This document shows positions 1 through 13,529 of a stretch of 64,000 nucleotides of DNA, piece by piece. The translations under genes were made by a program, and so were the position numbers. The DNA is from the human T2T-CHM13v2.0 reference genome, Homo sapiens. Under the pieces are notes generated by a model. It saw nothing but the letters and a program-made list of their open reading frames with translations. It searched no databases and was not told the DNA's origin. The stretch lies in NCBI RefSeq assembly GCF_009914755.1, contig NC_060943.1; one strand, given 5' to 3'. Numbering within the stretch: position 1 is the first letter of the stretch; every line of letters starts with the position of its first letter.

Positions 1-834
1 CATTTCCAGTGAATGTAAAGGAAGATATGATTGAAAAGGACTCTGTGAAGACAGGATGTTTCTGTACAGTCCTTGTATCTGCTCACCTATTCCAAACTTT
101 CCAGAGATTTTACCAGAGGTTTAAGATATTCTCCTGAGGGTTTGCTGTAGAGAGATTTTTCTTAACTAAGGAGTGCAAGTAGCAAGCAATAGCCCACCCA
201 GTTGGAGACAAAAAAGAAGGGTGTCAGTGTTCCCACTGTTAAAAAACAAAAAAAAATCACCCTGGACACCTCTGAGAATTATACAAGGGGATGTACACAG
301 CCCTGCTTTATTTGAGTTCAAAAGGAAGGTGGGTTTTGAAAGAAGAACAAGGAGAGTAGATCTCTCTGGATCTTCTGATGCTCACAGCAAAGAGCTCAAG
401 GTATCTGAGTCAACTCTTGAGGCTTCTTCGAACAGAGGGATGAAGAGAGAATATGGCAAGCTTGCCAACAGATCCCAGAAGTTTTAAGAGAAAAGAACAG
501 ATTGCTCTTTGCAAAACAAACCGAGCTGGGTGCATGGAGCCCCAGTAGACAGAAAGTGAAGAAAACATCAACGTTCTGAAGTTTTAGATAGGTGCACCAT
601 CCCTTATGGATACCAATCTGTGCTCCCCATAAACTTCTGTGCCCAGGGTCAACTGGCCAGGGACAACTGGCTCACCAGGAGGCCTACATAGCCTCTTCTT
701 CAGGCCCTAATTACAGCTCTATGCAATAGGGACTCTGCCATCTGACAGCCAAGGAGGTGGTTCGGTTTCTGCACATGGTTTTTTCCGCTGGGTCCCTTGA
801 GGTCCATGGTAACCTCTTCCTCATTCTCTACAGG

Positions 835-963
835 CAGATCACACTTTGTAATAAGATCAGAGGCAGAGAACTTTGACCAGATCACACTTTATAATAAGAT
901 CAGAGGCAAAGAACTCTGACCAGATCACACTTTATAATAAGATCAGAGGCAGAGAACTTTGAC
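835..963. repeat. Tandem repeat, 3 x 43 bp
   Basis: Unit CAGATCACACTTTRTAATAAGATCAGAGGCARAGAACTYTGAC at 835, 878 and 921; 3 variable positions. Confidence 0.97.
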
Positions 964-1529
964 AACTATCTCCTTGCCCTCTGGCCCTGGGGTCAGGGCT
1001 ACTCAAACAACACCTGCTGTCCCAAACCCGGAGAAGTGTAGATTTTGGCACTGGTAGAGGAATAACAGCTATTGTTGACACTTAATCTTGTGGGCCTGGA
1101 ATTTCAACTATGTTTTCACAACTCGGAGCCTATTGCTGCCACCTCTGTCAGGGAAGATAAATGGGCATGAATAATAGACAGATGAGTTTCCCAAAAGCCC
1201 AGACAGGCTGCAGGGAACACGTAATGAGCAGACAGTGTGGTTCACGCCGGGGAGCCCAGGTTTATCCAGGCCTCATCCTCACTCCCTTTCTCTACTGATA
1301 ATTGGACCCAACAGGACCATTCCGAATCATTTTTCTCTCTTCAGTTATTCTTCAGTTCTACTCAAAGGGTCAGTTTAGGGCATAATTAAAGTCAATTACT
1401 TTCTGAAAGGCCATCAGGACAACTGTTAGAGAAAATGATAGCAGCCCCGCACTTGCTGTAGGAATTATTAGCTTGTCAGCCTCCAGGCTTATGGAGACAA
1501 AGGATCAAAAAGTTAGAGAGATCCAGGTG

Positions 1530-1950
1530 TTCACCTATTTGTTCACTAATTCTTTTATTGTGAGTGTGCATGTGTGTGGGTGGGTGTGACATTTATTATG
1601 AACCAGAGGGCAGGAGCCAGTGACACAGTGGTGCAGAGAATAATCATATTCCCTGCCTTCCTGGGGTCATACAGCTTGGTGGAGGACACAGATGTGAATT
1701 CGGTAATCACTCCAATAAATATTCTCCTACAGATGAAGAAAGATGATACGATGTGATGGACAACAGAGACTTATATGGTGGGGTCTGGGCTGGTCTTTCT
1801 GAAGCTAAGACTGGCAGGATGAGCAGGAGTTTGCCAGACAAAGAGGAGTGGAGTTGTTTTCCAAACACATCTCAGCACAAAGTGTTGTCTTTGCTGGGAG
1901 CTGAAAAAAGATAGTGTGGGCAGAGACCATTAGGTGAGACGCTTGATATG
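1530..1950 (-). mobile_element. L2 LINE 3' fragment
   Basis: TTCA-like start, 'ttccctgccttcctggggtcatacagcttggtggagga', 'ggatgagcaggagtttgccag' resemble the antisense L2 3' end. Confidence 0.65.
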
Positions 1951-2254
1951 AGATACAACCTCAACAGGTGGAAGAAGATCATGAGAGATGAAGAGAGGAA
2001 TATAGTACAGCAGAGAGGACACAGAAGCTGACGTCAGGGTGTCTCAGTTTGAAACCAGTGGCCACCCTGTTCCTCTCCCATGTGGTCCCATCATGGGCCT
2101 CTAGGGTCTGGGATAAGAGGTTAATGAATATCTCATACCCTAAGCAGGGGTGGTCCCTGCACTTTAGCAAAAAGTTAAGGAACTAGGGAAAAGAGATGGA
2201 AATAATAAAGAGATGGGACAAAGACTTTGAAGACCAAAGCCCCTGGGCTATTCT

Positions 2255-2411
2255 CTTTTTTAAATTTTTTTATTTAAATTTTCATTTATTTTTATCAAGA
2301 TAGGGTCTCACTATGTTGCCCAGGTTGGTCTCAAACTTTTGGCCTAAAGCAATCCTCCCACCTTGGCCTCCCAATGTGCTGGGATTACAATGTGAGCCAC
2401 CACGTCCAGCC
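2255..2411 (-). mobile_element. FLAM / Alu left monomer
   Basis: T-rich tail then 'agggtctcactatgttgcccagg...gtgagccaccacgtccagcc'; TSD-like cctgggctattctc / cctgggatatttctc. Confidence 0.9.
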
Positions 2412-2589
2412 TCCTGGGATATTTCTCAATGAAACATTGGATGCCAAGATTGGTTTTGTGCCACATGCCAATTTCACAGAAGCCAGTCTATGAGCCACCA
2501 GCTCTACTCAGCAATTACAGTTTCTGGAACTTTGGCTAAATTCCTGTAGATGCACCACTGCTTGTGGCCTGACTCTTTGCCACCCAAGT

Positions 2590-3110
2590 GCGCTCAGCCT
2601 CCCCTGGGGAGTCTGCCAGGCTTGCATGGCTCCCACTGCACTTGCTGTGCTGGGACCGAAAACAGTTTTTGTGCCCCTAGCTTAACTCCACTGGATTCAT
2701 AGAGGCTTTGGCCTCCTCAATGGCTGTCCTGGGACAGGGAGGCTGGTTAGCACAATTAACACAACCTGGTCATGCAAGGCATTGATGGTCCGTAACATGA
2801 ACTTTGACCAGTAGGAGACAGAGAATGGAAAAAAGCCAGCAGATAAATCATCTGGCCTTCCTCCCCTATGACAGACTGTTCTGAGCCACAGTGTTTCACA
2901 TGTCTTCCTGGAGATGTCCCACATGACTTGAGCAACCAGCTGGAGCTCTGGAGAAACTGTGGCCATCCTGGTAACATATGACCTTGTATTTGCTTTCTCT
3001 CCTTCCTGCTTTATTTCCCTATGTCCCTTACTTTGGTTGTTGGGATTGCACCTCCCAATAAAGCATTAGCATGTCCGCTCTGCTTGGGGCTCTGTTTCCT
3101 GGGTTAAGAC
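2590..3110 (+). mobile_element. ERVL solo LTR (LTR33-like)
   Basis: 3' end 'gggattgcacctcccaataaagcattagca...ggctctgtttcctgggttaagac' matches the LTR33/LTR16-group terminus. Confidence 0.7.
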
Positions 3111-3489
3111 TCTGACTCTTGAATGCTGAGGCATTGTATTGAGAAGGAGTTCAGGCTGGACTCACACCTGGTGAACAAGAGTGCTGTGGTGCGTGAGTGA
3201 GTTCTTCCACAGGTATAAGAAAAGATACTTAGTACCTGCCACCCCTGAACTATCCTTTTACGGCAAATGTTTGCTTAAAGTCAGCAGTCCCCTAAACATA
3301 CTTGAGATCACAGATGAAGCAAAATCAGACTATCTCCCAACATAGAAAAGCACAATAGGAAAGAAATATTTGGTGGTGAGAAGATTATAGCTATAAGCAA
3401 ATTAGGCAATCCATCTGTGAGACCCAGCATGCAGTATGGTAGAAGTTGAAAATAAAAACATGGATAAAATTGCTTAATGGATTATAATA

Positions 3490-3727
3490 ATATGCATGAC
3501 TGTGTGCCAGGCAGTGTACTAAGACTTTCTTGTTTCATCCCATTTGCTTATTATAACAGTACTATAAGACATGCACTCTTACAAACCCTTATTTTACAGA
3601 GGAAGAAACAGGCCCAGAGAAGTTGGGTAACTCATCAAAGGTCACAGAGCTAAGAGTGGCAGAGTCAGGCCTGGAGCCCAGGAAGTCTGGTTTCGAATTT
3701 CATGCTTCTAACCTGAGCACTGTACTG
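3490..3727 (-). mobile_element. MIR SINE
   Basis: MIR core 'attttacagaggaagaaacaggcccagagaagttgggtaactcatcaaaggtcacagagctaag'. Confidence 0.9.
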
Positions 3728-3916
3728 CTTGGTGGAGTTCTCTGCTAGTCCTACCTTTCAGGCAGAGGTGAGCATTGCTGAGATTACATGCCTGTTCCTG
3801 GGGGCTAATACCAGGAGGGAGATTAGACTGTTCTGTCTAATCTGTAGTTTGGCTCTTCCATGAGTCTTGGGATCAGAACCCTGAATCAGAGAGAGATGGA
3901 CACTGGCCTAGGCAGA

Positions 3917-4272
3917 TGTGATGGTCTGAATGTGTTTCCCACAAAGCATGTATTAGAAATGTAATCCCCAACTCAACAGTGTCAGGAGGTGGGGCTTAAT
4001 GGGAGGTGTCTAGGTTATGGGGGCTCCACACTCTTGAATGGATTAATGTCCATTATAAAAGGACCTGAGGCTGTGAGTTCCATCTCTTGCTTTTTCTCCG
4101 TCTTTCGCCCTCTTGCCTTCTGCCACAGGTGATGCAGCAAGAAAGCTGCCACCAGATGCAGCCCCTTGATCTCGGACTGCCCAGCCTCTAGAACTGTGAG
4201 CCAATTAAATTTTTCCTTTGTAAATTACCTAGTCTCTGGTATCCTGTTATAGCAGCATAAACAGGCTAAGAT
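3917..4272 (+). mobile_element. MaLR solo LTR (MST family, MSTD-like)
   Basis: 'tgtgatggtctgaatgtg...ccagcctctagaactgtgagcc...taaattacctagtctctggtatcctgttatagcagca...ctaagata'. Confidence 0.85.
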
Positions 4273-5477
4273 AGTAAGACAGTAGGGAAACAAGCTCCAG
4301 ATGTACTTGAAGTCTCTTGTTCTTATTTTAGGAGTTGAAGAGCAATTCCCTCCAGTTTCCATTAGAAATGCTTCTTCTTCCATATCAAATATTGTGAGAT
4401 AGCCTGAAACACCTTTCAACACTTTACTACCCTTCTCCAAAATTCAACAGATATGATTTCCACGGACTTTACTCACAGGGGCTTCAGTAGAAGAGGAAGA
4501 GGCTTGGGTTTAATTGAAGGTGGCCTGAGACATCTGTGAGGAACAGCCCTTTTAGAGACATATCCCCTACAAATAAAGCATCAGAATTATTATCCTAATA
4601 CATGAACATCCATGGTTCCTTCAGCACCATCGTAATGCAGAGACCATGGGGAGATGCAGGGAGAGGGCTCTGCACAGCATGGCCAACTTGCTGGGTTGAA
4701 AACAGACAACCTCCATGGAGCAGGGACTTCAATTAGTTAATTCCCCATCCCCACTGTCACTTACTAACATGGGATTCTGATTAAAAATTAGATTCTCTGC
4801 AAGAGGCTTAACTTATAATTTAAGAACTTTTGCTGTATAACCATTGCAAAAACAATTACATAAAGATTAATTAGCAAATTCCCAAAACAGTAGTAAACGG
4901 CAAAGTAGTTTAATTAAAACCATTATCTCCAAAATCTGAACGTTAATAACAGTTGTAGCTCAGGGAGAAATAAGAGGCACACTGGCACAGAGTGGGGTAA
5001 AGGGAGGGTGTCCTTCGACACCAGCATTCAGTCAGCCCAAGTCTCCACGGCTGCTGTCCTGTTAATTACACTCCAGAACTCTGTGGCCACCGCGTCTTGA
5101 GAGGCCCTGGGCTCCTCCTATGAGCCTCTGCAGCTGTAGCCTTGACGAACTTGTCATTGCTGGCCTGCCTCCAACAAGAGGCCTTTAGCCCTCAGAAGAG
5201 AGGGAGGCAGCAGGGGGCACGAACAAGACTTTTAAGTGGGGAATTCATAAAATTTGGAATTGTCAGAAAACATCTGTAACCATGACTCTTGTCCTTCAGA
5301 AGACACTGATAAATTTAACCCAACCCAGACCCCTTAACACAAACTCTGAAGTAAAAGATTGGCAAAGGAAGCCCATGAGAATGAAATGTAACAATAGCAA
5401 CTATGTAGTTAGCACACACACCATATGATCTCACACATTCACAAGATCCTCATGAAGCCACATGGCCTTCATTCTGT

Positions 5478-5796
5478 TATTATTTACTTATTTATTTATG
5501 AGACAGGGTCCCACTCTGTTGCCCCAGTTGGAGTCAGTGGCACAAGGCAGTGTGCAGTGCTCAGTGCAGCCTCTAACTCCTGGCTCAAGTGATCCTCCTA
5601 CCCCAGAGTCCTGAGGGGCTGGGACTACAAGCACATGCCACTAAGCTCAGCTAATTTTTTTTCTTTTTTAATTTTTTGTAGAGATAGGGTCTGACTACAT
5701 TGCCCAGGCTGGTCTCAAACTCCTAGCCTCAAATGATCTTCCTGCCTCAGCCTCTCAAAGTGCTGGGATTACATGCGTGAGCCACTGCATGCTGCC
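5478..5796 (-). mobile_element. AluJ
   Basis: Full dimer in antisense with J-type 'gagacagggtc', 'ctcaagtgatcctcct'. Confidence 0.93.
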
Positions 5797-7469
5797 ATAT
5801 TATTTTTATTCTTAAGCTAAAGTCACTCACTTAGCCTCGTGCATGGGGACCCTTCTCTTTTTAACTCTAAAGCCCATTTGTTTACCTGGATACCACACAG
5901 ATGCCCTTTGTGGTGCAACATTTAGCCCATTGAAGGCTAATTATGTGAGTCTCACAATTGTGTGAGTCTGTCATGAAGTATAGCCTAGACTTGACAATGA
6001 TTGATTTCTCCAAAGAACCCCTTCAGCAGGGAGATCCCAAATCAGAGAGCCCTTGCCCTTACCCAGGACAGCCAATGTCTCTGCAGCTCCACACGGAGCA
6101 CCAGCTACCGTGGAGGGGTTGACCTGGGCCTGGAGTCCAGGACAGGCTGAGGAATGCCCTTCCCCCAGCCCTCTCCCTGAGTGTCAGTCCCTGAGTTAGA
6201 CACTGTCACAGGAGAGGGCTTGGAAGCCACCTTCTGACTCACCACACCCATCCCAGCCATGCCCCCTCACCCTGGCAAGCACCCAGGGGCTGTATGTTGA
6301 TTTGTCTCTCCCCTAATACAAGGCCCTGACCTCCACCAGCAGAGCCAGACTGTCTGCCTGCAAGCCTGGCTTTTTATTCTGCTGCACTACAGAAATTATG
6401 CAAATCACAGCTATTAGTATAACAGCTTTTGCAGAATTCAGAAGAAAAAGGCAAAAAAAAAAAAAAAAAACCACACAATCACAAAATCCCTATGTTTGGT
6501 TAAAAGACCATGAATTTCCCCATTGTCCTCACTCACTCTCTTGTCAATATGAGATGTATACATCTGAAGCCTGCTTTTCAGTCTTATGAACATCTATAAA
6601 AGAGACATCAGTCAGCAGAAACCTCTGGTACTGCGACATGAAAGAGAATGAGGGAAAAACCCAACTCTAGCCAGGATGGAGAAGAGAGGAAAGGCAAGAT
6701 GTGGGAGGCAGCCCCAGAAGGCCCAGGCGGGGTCTCTAGAGGAACCTAAGAAGACTCTGGTGTGGGACAAAGCTCCAATGTGCTCTGAGCACTCTCGCTG
6801 TCCTTCCAGAGGGCCTCGTTCCCCTTCTCATTCATCTCACTCACCACACTGGAAGGCTCCTGAAGGCAGAAGCTGCACACCTGTGCCCCGTCCCTTCCAC
6901 AGTCCTGAGCAATGAGCAGTCACAGAGCTGGGGCCGGGGGAGGGCATGGAGAAATTGAGCTCCTTTGCTCACCAACATTTCAGGGAGACCGCAGTGGTCT
7001 TGGTGGATGTGAATGGACTGAGTTGCTTCTATCACTCAAAATCCCCGAATGAACAGGTGGCGCATGGACATCAGAGGATTCAATAACCTGACAATTTGCA
7101 AAGATTTCGGTGGAACAGTGACACCAGAGGGAGGAGGGAGCACATGATTCCAGGCGCTCAGAAGGAGGAAGCTGCCTCAAGAGGAGGGACTCAGGCAGCC
7201 CGAGGTGGCCCTGCAGGGAGGACGCAGGAGGAATGAAGGCCCTGTCTCCCTCGTCTCTCCTTCTGCCCTCCTCCCAAGGGCCCCCCCGGGAGCTGAGGGA
7301 GCAGAAGCAAGAAAGCCATCTGGGTCATCCCTCCAGGTCACCTCCCGAGGCACAGAGCAAGGCAGAAAACTTCTGGGCCAGGCTCTGGCAGGACCACTTG
7401 CATTTACTCTGTAAGATGAAGACAATGGTCCTGGGAGAGCATAGCTGACCACCTGGCACCCTGGGCCAC

Positions 7470-7906
7470 ATCGCCTTCCAGCTCTCCTCTCATCTGAGGT
7501 CCATGCCAGCTCCTGCCCCTGGCTCTGGTGCTGTCCCACCTCGGGGTCATTCCACTTTCTGCTATGGGGCCCTGTCTGATTTCATGAGACACCTCTAGGT
7601 CTGCACTAAGACAGCCCAGAGTTATGGGCTTATCAACGCTGGGGATAGGCAGTAGCAGATGGTGGATAAACCACCCTGCCTTCCATCTTTCAGGTGGAGA
7701 ATTCTGGAAGACATCCTGTCCATGTCTTGGTGGGTCCTGGTGGACTTGAACCCCTGCTGTCCATGGCAGCAACTTAATTCATCTGCCTTCCCTGTCTCAC
7801 TGTCCTTATACCCTCACTCTCATTTCCTGCAGTCACCCTCAAATAAGCAACCTGCACCCAAGGCATTTTCTGGGGCTCTCCTTTTTGAGGAACTCAACTA
7901 AGTCAA
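7470..7906 (+). mobile_element. ERVL solo LTR (LTR16 family)
   Basis: Ends 'tcaccctcaaataagcaacctgcacccaagg...gaggaactcaactaagtca'. Confidence 0.7.
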
Positions 7907-7964
7907 GTGAAAGAGCCAGTAAATGGCAATGAGACAGTTGATCACCGAGATAAAAAACTATAAT

Positions 7965-8380
7965 GTCAGATTGCTACCTCTTGCCATACATACAAACCAT
8001 TTCTTGATAGATTAAAAAGTTCAGTGTAAAAACCCAAAGCCTAAAATGTTTAGGAGCATATATTTATGAGCTTGGAGTAGGGAAGGATGTTTTAAACAAG
8101 ACATAAAAACTGCTAACCACTAAAAAATTGATCGTGATTAAGACCTCATAATTAAGAGCTTCTGTTTATCAAATGATACCATAAAGAAACTGAAAAGCAA
8201 GCTATGAACTAGAGAAGGTATTTGCAACACTCCAATAAGGGATGATTATTTAATATATCCTAATAAAAATCAATAAGGAGAAACATTTTTAAATTGTAGG
8301 TCACAGAAGAGGATAAATATATTAAAAAACTCAAAATTAGTTATCAGAAAAATGCAAATTAAGACCCAAAGTAACCATCA
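7965..8380 (+). mobile_element. Old L1 (L1M) ORF2-region fragment
   Basis: A-rich; 'gagcttggagtagggaaggat', 'cttctgtttatcaaatgataccataaagaaactgaaaagcaagc...gagaaggtatttgcaa'. Confidence 0.8.
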
Positions 8381-8394
8381 AGAAAGGCAATAAA

Positions 8395-8625
8395 ATGTGG
8401 CAGTTGAGAGCAAAGTCATTATGTCTGGTGGAGTTGAGCCCTGGCTTAATCCCATGGGTGCCAGCTATGTGATCTTGCTGGCATCGCTTCCCCACTCTGT
8501 GGACAATAGCTTTCCATGCATTAAACAGGAATAACAGTAGTTCCTGCCTCCTTAGGTTGCTGTGTTACATGGAAGAAGACATGCAAAGCTCTTAGCATGG
8601 GTACTTCACAAACAGTAAACATGCA
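8395..8625 (+). mobile_element. MIR SINE
   Basis: 'gctatgtgatcttg', 'aaacaggaataacagtagttcctgcctccttaggttgctgtg'. Confidence 0.7.
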
Positions 8626-9344
8626 AACTATATTTAAAAACCATCTCCAGGTGACTCAGAGATTACATAATGGGTGCTTAATAGGAGCACAACAGTACAG
8701 GTTTTTATTTTGTGTGATCCAAAGTACTGCACTTAAATAACATGTGGGTGACCTCCACAGGAAGGAATGGGTTCTGCCAGCGGTGGGTCTATGTACCGTA
8801 CTGCAGCCTCAAACACAGACGAATGCGTTAGCTGCATGTGAGCCCTCATGATAAAAGAGATCTGAAAATAAATTGTGTATTTAATTCAGAGCGACTCCAG
8901 AGCTGCTGTTCTGGGATTGCAGCAGAAATCCTGGAGAAAGCCTAAGATTTGGGATTTTAGATCTTTATGCATCACTTACATCCACACAGAAAGGGCGTTC
9001 CAGGGACTGCGCACCCATAGAGCAGTGCAAGCTGGTCCACCCTGCGGAAGCCAAGACCTCCCTGAGCAGGCAGCCACGCTGAAGGGGAACAGCAGCTCCC
9101 CGATGGCCTCCAAAGGACTCAACACGGAAAGTGAAGATATATCTATGGCCTGAGACAATTCTGGCAACGATATTCATATAGACATTACGTTCCTGAACAG
9201 CAAGGGAATCCTGTGAAAGGAGGGAACAGTGAACTAGAGACCCAGATTCCAGCCCTCTCTACTCTGAGGAGTCTCTATGACACCTTTAAATCAGGGAGAA
9301 TCATTTCTAGACTTCCTGGGGTTGGATCGAGGATCCCCAGAAGC

Positions 9345-9510
9345 AACCAACTTGTATTCAGCATACACCAGATGCCAGACACGGTGTGAAATTATTTGTA
9401 TACATTTTCTGGTTCAATCCAAAGAACTGCTCTATGAACAAAGCTACCAGGACCTGCAGAGGATTAGGTTTAGGAAGTGGTGAAGCTGGTATTTGATCAA
9501 GCCTAGGTGA
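9345..9510 (-). mobile_element. MIR fragment
   Basis: Degenerate MIR 3' and 5' motifs ('atgccagacacggtg', 'aagtggtgaagctggtatttga'). Confidence 0.55.
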
Positions 9511-9959
9511 AGTCGTGTTTGAGAAACAGCTCTGTGAGCTGAGTACAACCAGAGGATTGTTTCCAAAGTTAGGCCCAAGTGGGCTTCCAAGAGCAGGCAT
9601 CACCACTAAAACAAAACAGTGACACTCAAGGCATTGGAGGCAGACCCCAAGCAAACCTGCACGTGTTGGAAAAGGCCCGAGGCCAGGAGGAGGAGGTGTT
9701 CTCTGCAGCTGCTCAGCCTGTTCATTCTGCACCAGGAGCAGCGCAAGCTGCTAGGATACCCTAATGGGGCAAGCAGGGCACTTACTCCAGGCTCTGCAGC
9801 AGGAATGCCCACCATGGGGAATGCCCACTATGCATAGCCATCTGGGGTCTCATCCTTCAAGCCACAAGCCTGCTCCACCTGGGCCCTCAACCCCACTCTT
9901 AAGGTCGGAGCAAGTATTCACGCTTACCCCCCTTGGAAATGAGGGAGAAAATCGCCCAT

Positions 9960-10059
9960 GGTGTGTAGGGGTTTGTGTGTCTGTGCATGCGTGTGTCTGT
10001 GCATGCATGTATGTGTGTGCATGGGTGTGTTTCTGCATGTGTGTGTGTGTGTGTGTGTG
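9960..10059. repeat. TG-rich microsatellite
   Basis: Imperfect (TG)n ending in a pure run at ~10038-10059. Confidence 0.9.
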
Positions 10060-10139
10060 GCTTTAGTTGATAATGGCAGTCCAGGTCTGCAAGTCTCTAA
10101 GGTGCAGGCCCACATCTCTCTAGAGAGGACAGTCAGAAC

Positions 10140-10370
10140 CACATTAATCGTTGCGTCGCAGGTACTCCATGCCTCGCGCTGTTCTCAGCACCTCACATAA
10201 ACTAATTCACGTACTTCTCCCAATAACCCTATGAAGCAGGTGTTATTTTTATCCTGCTGTGGCTTATGGAAAAATGAAGGTGCAGAGAGATTTTGTATTT
10301 ATCCAAGATTACACAACTAACAAGTGGCAGCGTGAGATCTAAGCACGAAGAGCCAGGCTCCAGAGTGCTT
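10140..10370 (-). mobile_element. MIR SINE
   Basis: 'aaccctatgaagcaggtgttatttttatcc...gaaaaatgaaggtgcagagag...ccaagattacacaactaacaagtggcag'. Confidence 0.8.
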
Positions 10371-12329
10371 TACCTGAGATGGAGACACTCTGAACTTCTG
10401 CCACCTACTCTCATATGCCTGGGTGATGGAGGATACACAGGAGGCTGATTTTAATTGTACTTCCTGTGAATGCACAATTCACCAAAATTGTAAGAATTCC
10501 ATCCAATGTGAAAAGCACACATTTGCAACTCACTGGGGTGTGAAATGTCATGAAAATAAAATAGTGATGCTGCCCTCGGGAGGTTCAGGACAGAGGCGCA
10601 GTCAGGGTTGCATGAGGGCTCCAGGAACCCTCCTGAGGACTGAAGGCACCCCTGGCTCCCATGCCCCAGACCTCGAAAGCCCAGTGTTCTGGCTCCTGAC
10701 AAGGCACCGGGGCTCTGGGGACAGGTTCTCTACTTAGGAACAGGCTGAAGGCTGGCTCCACTCATGCCACTGCCAGGTACACACTCTGCTTGGTGCCAGG
10801 AAGATCTCATAACAGGAAGCCCTCCTGGAGGGGAAGGAGGAGACGCTACAGTCCAAAGACAGTGTGGAGAGAACAGGGGGCATGGCAGAGAGGGGCGAGG
10901 AGAGGCGCAGAAGGGCTGGAGCCTCGGCCCTGAGAAGAGCTTGGGAACTGCCCTTGTTCCTGCGTGCGTTCAGTTGGCCAACTCGCTACTGAATACCACT
11001 GTGTTCTGAGGCCTGGGGAGAAAGTGGATTTAAAAAGGCAAGCTTCCTGCTTGCATGAAGCTAACATTCTAGAAAAGAAGACAGGCCATAGGTAGACCGT
11101 CCCGCTGGCCTGTCCACCGTCCTCATCTACTCCTCTCTCTGAAGGTCAAATAGGGCCACTCTGAGTGCAGCACAAGGGGAGGGGAAGAGACAGGCACCCC
11201 CAGATCACCAAAGACGAGTTAAAATGAGAGAAATGGGCACACTGGAAGTCCAGTCCCCACCGTATGCAATATTCCCATGGAGCAAGCAAGCATCTAAAAT
11301 ATAACAGTATTTTTTAAATAGAGAAAGAGGCAAGAATAGCACCAGGAACACATTCTGCAGAGAAGTGAGCCCTGGTATGTGCTATGTTGTTCAAAGAAAC
11401 ATTGCAGCCTTACCTGACATTCTTAGGTATTCCCTGGCTTCTAGGAAAACCTGTTACTGGTGAGCAGACATCAGGGCACAGATTGGGCCTGGTGTCACAG
11501 TCACTGTGGCCAGGGCTTCTGGCTACAGTGGTTAAGTGAGCCCAGGAATCTGTTCTGGCCCCATCTAAATGATGTTATTTTAATGCTAGATTTCCTTGAG
11601 GTAATAAAACAAAAACAGGGAAACTGAGGGAAAGGATAATAGACATAAATCACTAACCTAGGAGTCCAAACCCCCATTTAAAAGTAACTCAGAAGGTTAA
11701 AATAAAAAGGCAGATGTAGGGGCGGTGTTGAAATCCACAAAATCAAAAACTTTGCTGTGCCAAAGACAGACTCAAATCCACTGATTGCCAGGGTCTCTGG
11801 AGCCCCAGCTAAAATGAATGAGGAAAGGCCACTACTTCCACCAGGGAGGGCAAATATGCGCCCCTTCTAGGGCCAGTTCTCCCAGAGAGCTGCTGGGAAC
11901 CTTGGACTCATCTTCCCTGTGAGAAAAGAGGCTGCAGTCAGCTCAGTGCCCACCAGGAGGACCGCAGAGAGGACAGTGACCACCGCTACGGGTGTCATTC
12001 TAGACCTAGTCGATGTTTTGGAATCTCAGAGAAAATGAAAATGCCCATAGACATCTACACAGGAAAAGAAATAAGAAGAAAATGAGATTTTCTTATTTTT
12101 TAAAAATAAGAAGTTTAAAAGAAATAGAAATCTTTCTGACCTCAGACTCCTCTGCAGTGTCAAGTGTCAGGAAGCAGTGGAGTCCTGTCCCCGGAAAACT
12201 GGGAGGAAGAAGTGTAGCAAGCTGCCTGTCATGTCTGAGAGGAACAGAAAGGGCAGTTGGAGAAGTGGAGAAAGTTAGGTGAGACCAGCCTGTGGAAATC
12301 ATGAGAAATGACAGAGATTAAATCAGAAA

Positions 12330-13435
12330 CTCACACATTTGGAAAGAAGAACATTAACATGATTTAGTAAGTTGGAGAGTTGACCCTTTGAAGAACCCAA
12401 TAAAATACAAAACTTTAACAAATCTAATTAAGAAAAAATAGAAATAAAGAAAATTGGAACTAAGGAAAGAGACGTAACATATGCTGATAAAAGTAATTAT
12501 AATTATGAGATAATATAATGCACAGTTATATGCTAATAAATTCCATCAACATGTAAAAATGGAACACTTAGTGAAAATAATAAATTAGGAAAAATAGCTC
12601 AAGAGGAAGTAGCACCCTAGAACGGAGCCATAGCCATGGAAGAGATGGGAAAGTGTTGTTAGCACACTGCCTTGGAAAATATTTGGAGGTGATGAGACTT
12701 TATTAGTGCATGTTGTCTGGACTTCATGGAATATATAAAATGCATACTATAAAATTTATAGCAGAATATAGAAGAAAATGAAAGGCAAATCCATTTACTT
12801 TATGAAGAAATTCTATTAACCAAATTTGGCAAAAGTAGCATGAAAAATAGACTCGCCAGCACTTCCCAAAATACAGTGGCAGGGAGGCTTTTCTTAACAA
12901 TAATGGCAAAGGAAGAAATCATTAGGAACAAGATGGATACATGTAATTAAGTTTAAATGGAAAACCTCGTATCAGAAAACACTGTAGTAAAATTCCAAGG
13001 GAAATGGCAAACCGAAAACCATTTGTAAGAAATACAAGAAAGGATTAGTTATTAACAAATTAAAAAAATCCTCTCACAATTACAAAAACACTATATAACC
13101 ACAATAGACAAGTACATTGAGACAATTATACAAGCAACATAAATGAGCAATAAGCATGGAAAACAAAGGCTCAAGCTCACTAGAAAGGCAAAGAATTACA
13201 AGTTAAAATCAGGGTGTCATGTTTTAGCCTATTAAATTGGCAATGATATAAGGGTTCTCTGCCATGGGCAACACCGTGCACTGATAATGGAAATATAAAT
13301 TGATGAGACATTTTTGGAAAAGGATGTGACAACATTTTGCAAGAGTTTTAAATGGGTTCAGACGCCCTTTGACCTGGTAATTCCACTGCTGGGAATCTAT
13401 TCTAAAGAAATGGTCAAAGATAAACAGAAAATGCA
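12330..13435 (+). mobile_element. Old L1 (L1ME-like) ORF2 fragments
   Basis: A-rich; 'acagttatatgctaataaattc', 'cctttgacctggtaattccactgctgggaatctattctaaagaaat'. Confidence 0.7.
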
Positions 13436-13529
13436 TGTTCTTCCCTAGCACAGCTGTGAGTTCCCCTAACTCAGAGGCCTTCCTATCCTCCCATGGACTC
13501 CTCCTCTATCCGATCTCTAAACACTTGGG

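Noticed and set aside
835-963. CRISPR-like array (also 13649-13790)
   Set aside because: Units are contiguous with no unique spacers, there are no cas genes, and the DNA is primate.
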